Below, piece after piece: positions 60,560-64,000 of a stretch of DNA of 64,000 nucleotides (positions are counted from its first letter, which is position 1; each line of letters opens with the position of its first letter). A model generated the notes under the pieces. It ran no database searches, was not told where the DNA came from, and saw only the letters and a list, made by a program, of their open reading frames with translations. The DNA lies in the IMG/VR virus record IMGVR_UViG_3300013121_000029, positions 1 through 64,000 of that record; one strand, written 5' to 3'. This DNA is from a virus (lineage: Duplodnaviria > Caudoviricetes). Position numbers and translations under genes: made by a program.

Positions 60560-60603
60560 GAAAAATACTCTTGTGGATTAACTATTTATTAAAAATTGCT
60601 AGT

Positions 60604-60819
60604 TTAATCAAAACTCATAGCACGTTTGAAACTTGCTGGATCGTTCTTTTTAAGTGACTTTAACGAATTGTAATGCGATTTATATTCAGGGCTTGTAGGA
60701 TCATCTAACCCCATAAAAGAAAGAGCAGCTTTGATTTGTGGATCATCAGAGCTGACTCCTTCATTTATTAACTGTTCTTCAACAGGTTTTGTGTTTGTTT
60801 CAATATCATGTAATTTCAT
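60604..60819 (-). CDS. hypothetical protein
   Basis: GAGG RBS inside 26-bp palindrome 60818-60843; TAAATA upstream. Confidence 0.6.
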   Translation of the reverse strand: MKLHDIETNTKPVEEQLINEGVSSDDPQIKAALSFMGLDDPTSPEYKSHYNSLKSLKKNDPASFKRAMSFD

Positions 60820-60843
60820 AGTAGAACCTCGAGGTTCTACTAT

Positions 60844-61890
60844 TTATTCCTCATCAGAATCGTTTTGATTAAATCCTTGACGAATACCTTTAAGGCCCTT
60901 GTAAGGTACAGATAAAGTCTTCACCACACTTGTCTTATTTCTCATTGCTGGAATAAAATCAAATGCTCTTTCAGAGAAACCTGCTAATTGATACCAACCA
61001 TCAATTTCGCTTACAGGAGTGGAAGCATATGCATTCAAGTTAAATGCTACTTTAACAACATTTGATCCGAAAATCTTTGTTGCTTCACGTTTTGAACTTA
61101 ACTGATTCACCTGCATATCACTAAACAGGATCACAGTATCAGGTTCAAATCCTAATGCTGGTTTAAGATCTAAAGCAGCCTGTAAGTTTGTTCCACCACC
61201 ATATGAACGTGCTTCAATGGCTTCTACGTTAGCAAACATATTTGCCTTTGGATCGACGTTGATGTGTTCAGCACTGTTACTGAAAATCGTAACTTTCACA
61301 TTAGTTGCGTTTTTATTTGCACCAACTAATGCTGCAGAGAAAAGCGCTCCAGTTTGAAGTGGAGTACCTTCCATACTTCCTGATACATCAAGAATAATCC
61401 AAATATTGTTACCAATAGAAGGAATGTTAGTTAAACTTGTGTTACATGCATCACGAACAGCAGCACGTAATCTATCTTTATTAACATTCTTACCTTGTGC
61501 TCCATCGATTGCTGTTAAAGCATTAACGAAACGGAAAGGAAGTTGTTTTGACTTTTTAATTTGGTCTTCATCAACTAACTTACCCATTACCTGCTTGATA
61601 ACAGTATCAGGTACGTTTGCTTCAATGATGTTTCGGAGATTGCGAAGAAGTGCCATATATTGTACACTGTTAGATTCGATCAAATCAGTCCAAACTTCAG
61701 CATTTGTTTTGCGCTCGTTTGCTGGTAATTGACCATTAGCACTCAACACAGTTTCCCATGTTTTTGGGGTTGCTAATTCGTCTTTTATCAATTTAGCAAA
61801 GATTTCACCTTGTTCTGGTGTTTTACCTACAGGGTGAACAATGCGTAATACGTCACGAAGTTTAACTTGTTTTTTGCTGTGCTTTGCCAT
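60844..61890 (-). CDS. Ro60/TROVE protein, C-terminal fragment (TROVE end + VWA)
   Basis: VKLRDVL..VHP, TWET.LS, YMALLRNLRNI, QLPFRF, LDVSGSM, GGT, FSDMQ; AGGAG before ATG 61890. Confidence 0.9.
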   Translation of the reverse strand: MAKHSKKQVKLRDVLRIVHPVGKTPEQGEIFAKLIKDELATPKTWETVLSANGQLPANERKTNAEVWTDLIESNSVQYMALLRNLRNIIEANVPDTVIKQVMGKLVDEDQIKKSKQLPFRFVNALTAIDGAQGKNVNKDRLRAAVRDACNTSLTNIPSIGNNIWIILDVSGSMEGTPLQTGALFSAALVGANKNATNVKVTIFSNSAEHINVDPKANMFANVEAIEARSYGGGTNLQAALDLKPALGFEPDTVILFSDMQVNQLSSKREATKIFGSNVVKVAFNLNAYASTPVSEIDGWYQLAGFSERAFDFIPAMRNKTSVVKTLSVPYKGLKGIRQGFNQNDSDEE

Positions 61891-62476
61891 TTTCTTTCTC
61901 CTGTTTGTGTAGTAATTTATGACATTGTTTACATAATGTAAGTCCATTGTCAATATTAAATCTTTCATCCATATTTGTAGAGAACGGTTTAATGTGGTGA
62001 GCTTCTAGTTCACAATGTGTGATTCCGCACATCCTACAATAATATTGATCGCGTTGGAAAACTAATGTTCTCCAGGTTTTATATTGGTCTGATTGTCTAA
62101 GTAAAATGTTTTCATTACTTAATCCACCTTTCCAATTCCAATGAAGTTCTTTACTCTTTCCTGTATTTTTTAATCGATCATCCGTTCGTTTAGTTAATCC
62201 TTTATTCCAACTTGATTTGCCTTTTCGTGAAATAGAAAGCTTTTGCTTAGTTTCTTCTGAAACAGTTTTTCCTACCCATTTATGCCTATGAAGTCGGGCC
62301 CATGTATTTGCTCTTCCTTTTAAGGAATCTGATACTGTTCGTCTCGGAATTCCATATCGCTTCATCCAATTTAACACTGTTGCTCCTGAGCAATTAAATT
62401 TATCTGCAATTTGTTGTAGTGATAATTTTTGGTTGATGTATAACTCAATTAATAATTCTTGTTCGATTTTTTTCAT
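61862..62476 (-). CDS. HNH homing endonuclease (HTH + NUMOD3 + HNH) inserted in the Ro60 gene
   Basis: LSLQQIA HTH, SEETKQKLS, WNKG, HWNWKGG, RD.Y.C..CG...AHHIKP....NG.TLC..CH. Confidence 0.9.
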   Translation of the reverse strand: MKKIEQELLIELYINQKLSLQQIADKFNCSGATVLNWMKRYGIPRRTVSDSLKGRANTWARLHRHKWVGKTVSEETKQKLSISRKGKSSWNKGLTKRTDDRLKNTGKSKELHWNWKGGLSNENILLRQSDQYKTWRTLVFQRDQYYCRMCGITHCELEAHHIKPFSTNMDERFNIDNGLTLCKQCHKLLHKQEKENGKAQQKTS

Positions 62477-62506
62477 TTTAAATACTTCTAATATTAGAAG
62501 TATTTA

Positions 62507-63121
62507 TTAATTCCATTTAGCAAGAGAGTACTCATTGAATTTTTCGAAAGCATCTGCAACCCCACGACGAATTGCCATAGGTACAGCATTCTTTCCACCA
62601 AAAACAGATAATGCATATGCATATAAATCAGTGATTTGGTCAGCACGTTGAATTACGTCGCAAACAACACGACGCATATCATTATAGGTAAACTGTTCAG
62701 CTTTTGATTGAAAAGTTGCTATTTTAATATTTTCAGCATCGGTTAACTCACGACCATTTGCACTTTGTTTAATAGTAGTAATTTGATCAAGGAACAATTT
62801 ACGATTATCAGAAAGGGCCTTTGCAAATTCAACACAAAGAATGATAGGCATGGTACGAATGTTCATATTCGTACGTGCGTGAACGATTAAATTTGCTAAG
62901 AAGTCGAAATTTTTATTGGCAACAACAGAAGACAAAAGTTCACGCAAACGACGTAAACGATCGTTTGAACTTTCATAGAATTCATCTTTACCGTACAAAG
63001 TCATTGTAACAACTTCGTACAATTGTTGTTCAGCATTTTTAAGGAATTGTGGATTACCGTTGTAAGAATAAGCAACCTTATTCTGTTTTGCGGATTTGTT
63101 TGGCTTATTTAATTTAGACAT
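62507..63121 (-). CDS. Ro60/TROVE protein, N-terminal fragment
   Basis: FYES, AR...N.RT.P, IQRADQ, RRGVADAF.KFNEY.LAKWN; GAGGAG RBS. Confidence 0.88.
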   Translation of the reverse strand: MSKLNKPNKSAKQNKVAYSYNGNPQFLKNAEQQLYEVVTMTLYGKDEFYESSNDRLRRLRELLSSVVANKNFDFLANLIVHARTNMNIRTMPIILCVEFAKALSDNRKLFLDQITTIKQSANGRELTDAENIKIATFQSKAEQFTYNDMRRVVCDVIQRADQITDLYAYALSVFGGKNAVPMAIRRGVADAFEKFNEYSLAKWN

Positions 63122-63151
63122 ATTCGTTTCTCCTCTTAATTTAATCTAAAC

Positions 63152-63180
63152 ATTATACTGTGTTAATTTTAGAAAGTCAA
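63152..63180 (-). promoter_or_regulatory. sigma70-type promoter for Ro60
   Basis: TTGACT-N17-TATAAT on -. Confidence 0.75.
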
Positions 63181-63210
63181 GGATGTTACGAATACCATTA
63201 GAAATATTTT

Positions 63211-63339
63211 AAAGAGACAAGGGCTAAAAGAGAGATTTTCGTGCTCTACCAACTGAGCTATATCTCCAGATGGAGATAGCAGGACTCGAACCTACGGCCA
63301 CGTCATTAACAGTGAAGTAACTCTTTTATACGCAACTTT
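63211..63339 (-). ncRNA. YrlA-like Y RNA with permuted tRNA-like domain
   Basis: GTTGCGTA-TAAAAGAG-TTACTTC, CTGTTAA, T arm GTAGG-TTCGAGT-CCTGC, capped acceptor stem TATCTCC-ATCT-GGAGATA, TA, D arm GCTC-AGTTGGTA-GAGC, CTCTTTTA...CTTGTC; adjacent to Ro60. Confidence 0.9.
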
Positions 63340-63350
63340 AAAAAACTTTA

Positions 63351-63415
63351 TGATGAGTCAAAGTTAGAAAGAGTGTGTTTCACCAAAAGAAGTAACTCTT
63401 TCCTACGCAACATCA
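63351..63415 (-). ncRNA. minimal Y-RNA-like element
   Basis: TGATG-TTGCGTAG-GAAAGAGT-TACTTC...GTG-AAA-CAC-ACTCTTTC-TAACTTTGACT-CATCA. Confidence 0.8.
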
Positions 63416-63434
63416 AAAACTTTTACAAAAATTC

Positions 63435-63520
63435 AGGTGAGTTAAAGTCGTACAGAGGATATTGGCCCGAGGCCAGTCTTTGTTAAGGAAAAGAAGTATC
63501 TCTGTTACTACGCAACACCT
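63435..63520 (-). ncRNA. Y-RNA-like element with GC hairpin insert
   Basis: AGGTG-TTGCGTAG-TAACAGAG-ATACTTC...TGGCC-TCG-GGCCA...CTCTGTA-CGACTTTAACT-CACCT; TAAATA at ~63528-63533 just upstream. Confidence 0.8.
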
Positions 63521-63547
63521 AAAAACCTATTTATGATACGAAATTTC

Positions 63548-63832
63548 AGTCGAGTTCAATTTTGAATTGAGCAGTCACCGGACAGGAGGTTATTAGTCCT
63601 GTTATACGGCCAACATTTACTCTCAAATGTTTTAAGATGAGTGTTTCTGACACCAGCCAACTTAACGTAATTGATACGAATGTTTTAAAGATCTTTTCAA
63701 TTAATAGTTAATTTCATTTGTGATATTTCTAAACATTAACTCTATATCACACAATAAAACTATTTGGTCTTACCTATTAATCGTCCGATCCAGCCGTTTT
63801 AATATGAAGTATCTCACTTCAACGCAACGACT
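63548..63832 (-). ncRNA. long (~285 nt) Y-RNA-like element with multi-hairpin insert
   Basis: AGTCG-TTGCG-TTGAAGTGAG-ATACTTC ... CTCAATTCAA-AATTGAACT-CGACT; several internal inverted repeats; no long ORF. Confidence 0.7.
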
Positions 63833-63861
63833 TCATTTCGAATTCATTAATTTATATATCT

Positions 63862-63890
63862 ATTATATATGAGAGTTTATTAAAATTCAA
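63862..63890 (-). promoter_or_regulatory. sigma70-type promoter for the ncRNA array
   Basis: TTGAAT-N17-TATAAT on -. Confidence 0.7.
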
Positions 63891-64000
63891 CTCTTTTTTT
63901 CATTTTTATTTTCTGGAACCCATTTTTTTACAAGTTCGTCCTTAAGAACATCACTAATTAACGATGTAGCTGTGTTCATTAAGAATGAAATAGGACCACC
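63887..64000 (-). CDS. 3' end of a gene running in from beyond the window
   Basis: Open frame GGPISFLMNTATSLISDVLKDELVKKWVPENKNEKKS*. Confidence 0.45.
   Translation of the reverse strand, partial: GGPISFLMNTATSLISDVLKDELVKKWVPENKNEKKS

Noticed and set aside
61890-62507. Intron or T4 gene 60-style ribosomal bypass in Ro60
   Set aside because: The HNH ORF fills the gap, leaving no room for a ribozyme; the gap is ~600 nt and the downstream part has its own SD and ATG.
63241-63312. tRNA-Asn(GTT) gene
   Set aside because: Arms are in permuted order, the acceptor stem is closed by a loop with no CCA, and it is embedded in a Y-RNA stem; better explained as YrlA-like.
63314-63828. CRISPR array from the repeated GAAGTAwCTC...CGCAAC motif
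   Set aside because: Repeats are degenerate, spacing is irregular (about 75, 105, 310 nt), each pairs with a distal complementary strand, and no cas genes are seen.

Overview
AT-rich segment of a large (jumbo/T4-like myovirus-type) bacteriophage genome. Genes run mostly on + up to ~28.1 kb and on - thereafter. It carries sigma70-type promoters (TTGACw-N17-TATAAT) and T4-late-like TAAATA promoters. Replication/nucleotide genes: primase, two-subunit type II topoisomerase, NAD-dependent ligase, ThyA, DHFR, dCMP deaminase, nucleotidases, MazG-like. Host-like genes: PrkA(YeaG)-YeaH-SpoVR(YcgB) operon with an intein in SpoVR, PhoH, ClpP-like protease, NadM-Nudix + NAMPT + alanine dehydrogenase. Also lysis genes (GH108 endolysin, spanins), tail-like genes and several homing endonucleases. 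Most notable: (1) a Ro60/TROVE gene preceded by an array of four Y-RNA-like ncRNAs that share one conserved stem but carry different inserts, one a circularly permuted tRNA mimic and one a ~230-nt multi-hairpin domain; (2) a permuted two-piece tmRNA gene near clpP; (3) Ro60 and an RNA ligase each fractured into two separately initiated ORFs by an HNH gene, with no visible intron; (4) a late operon LRR - tandem AAA+ - HEXXH/VWA - LRR and a five-member LRR repertoire with constant caps and variable repeats; (5) a shared M-K/x-L-x-D/E-L-L-x-E leader resembling a capsid-targeting sequence; (6) a stand-alone PheRS-alpha tRNA-binding arm. All assignments come from motif recognition by eye; no searches were run.
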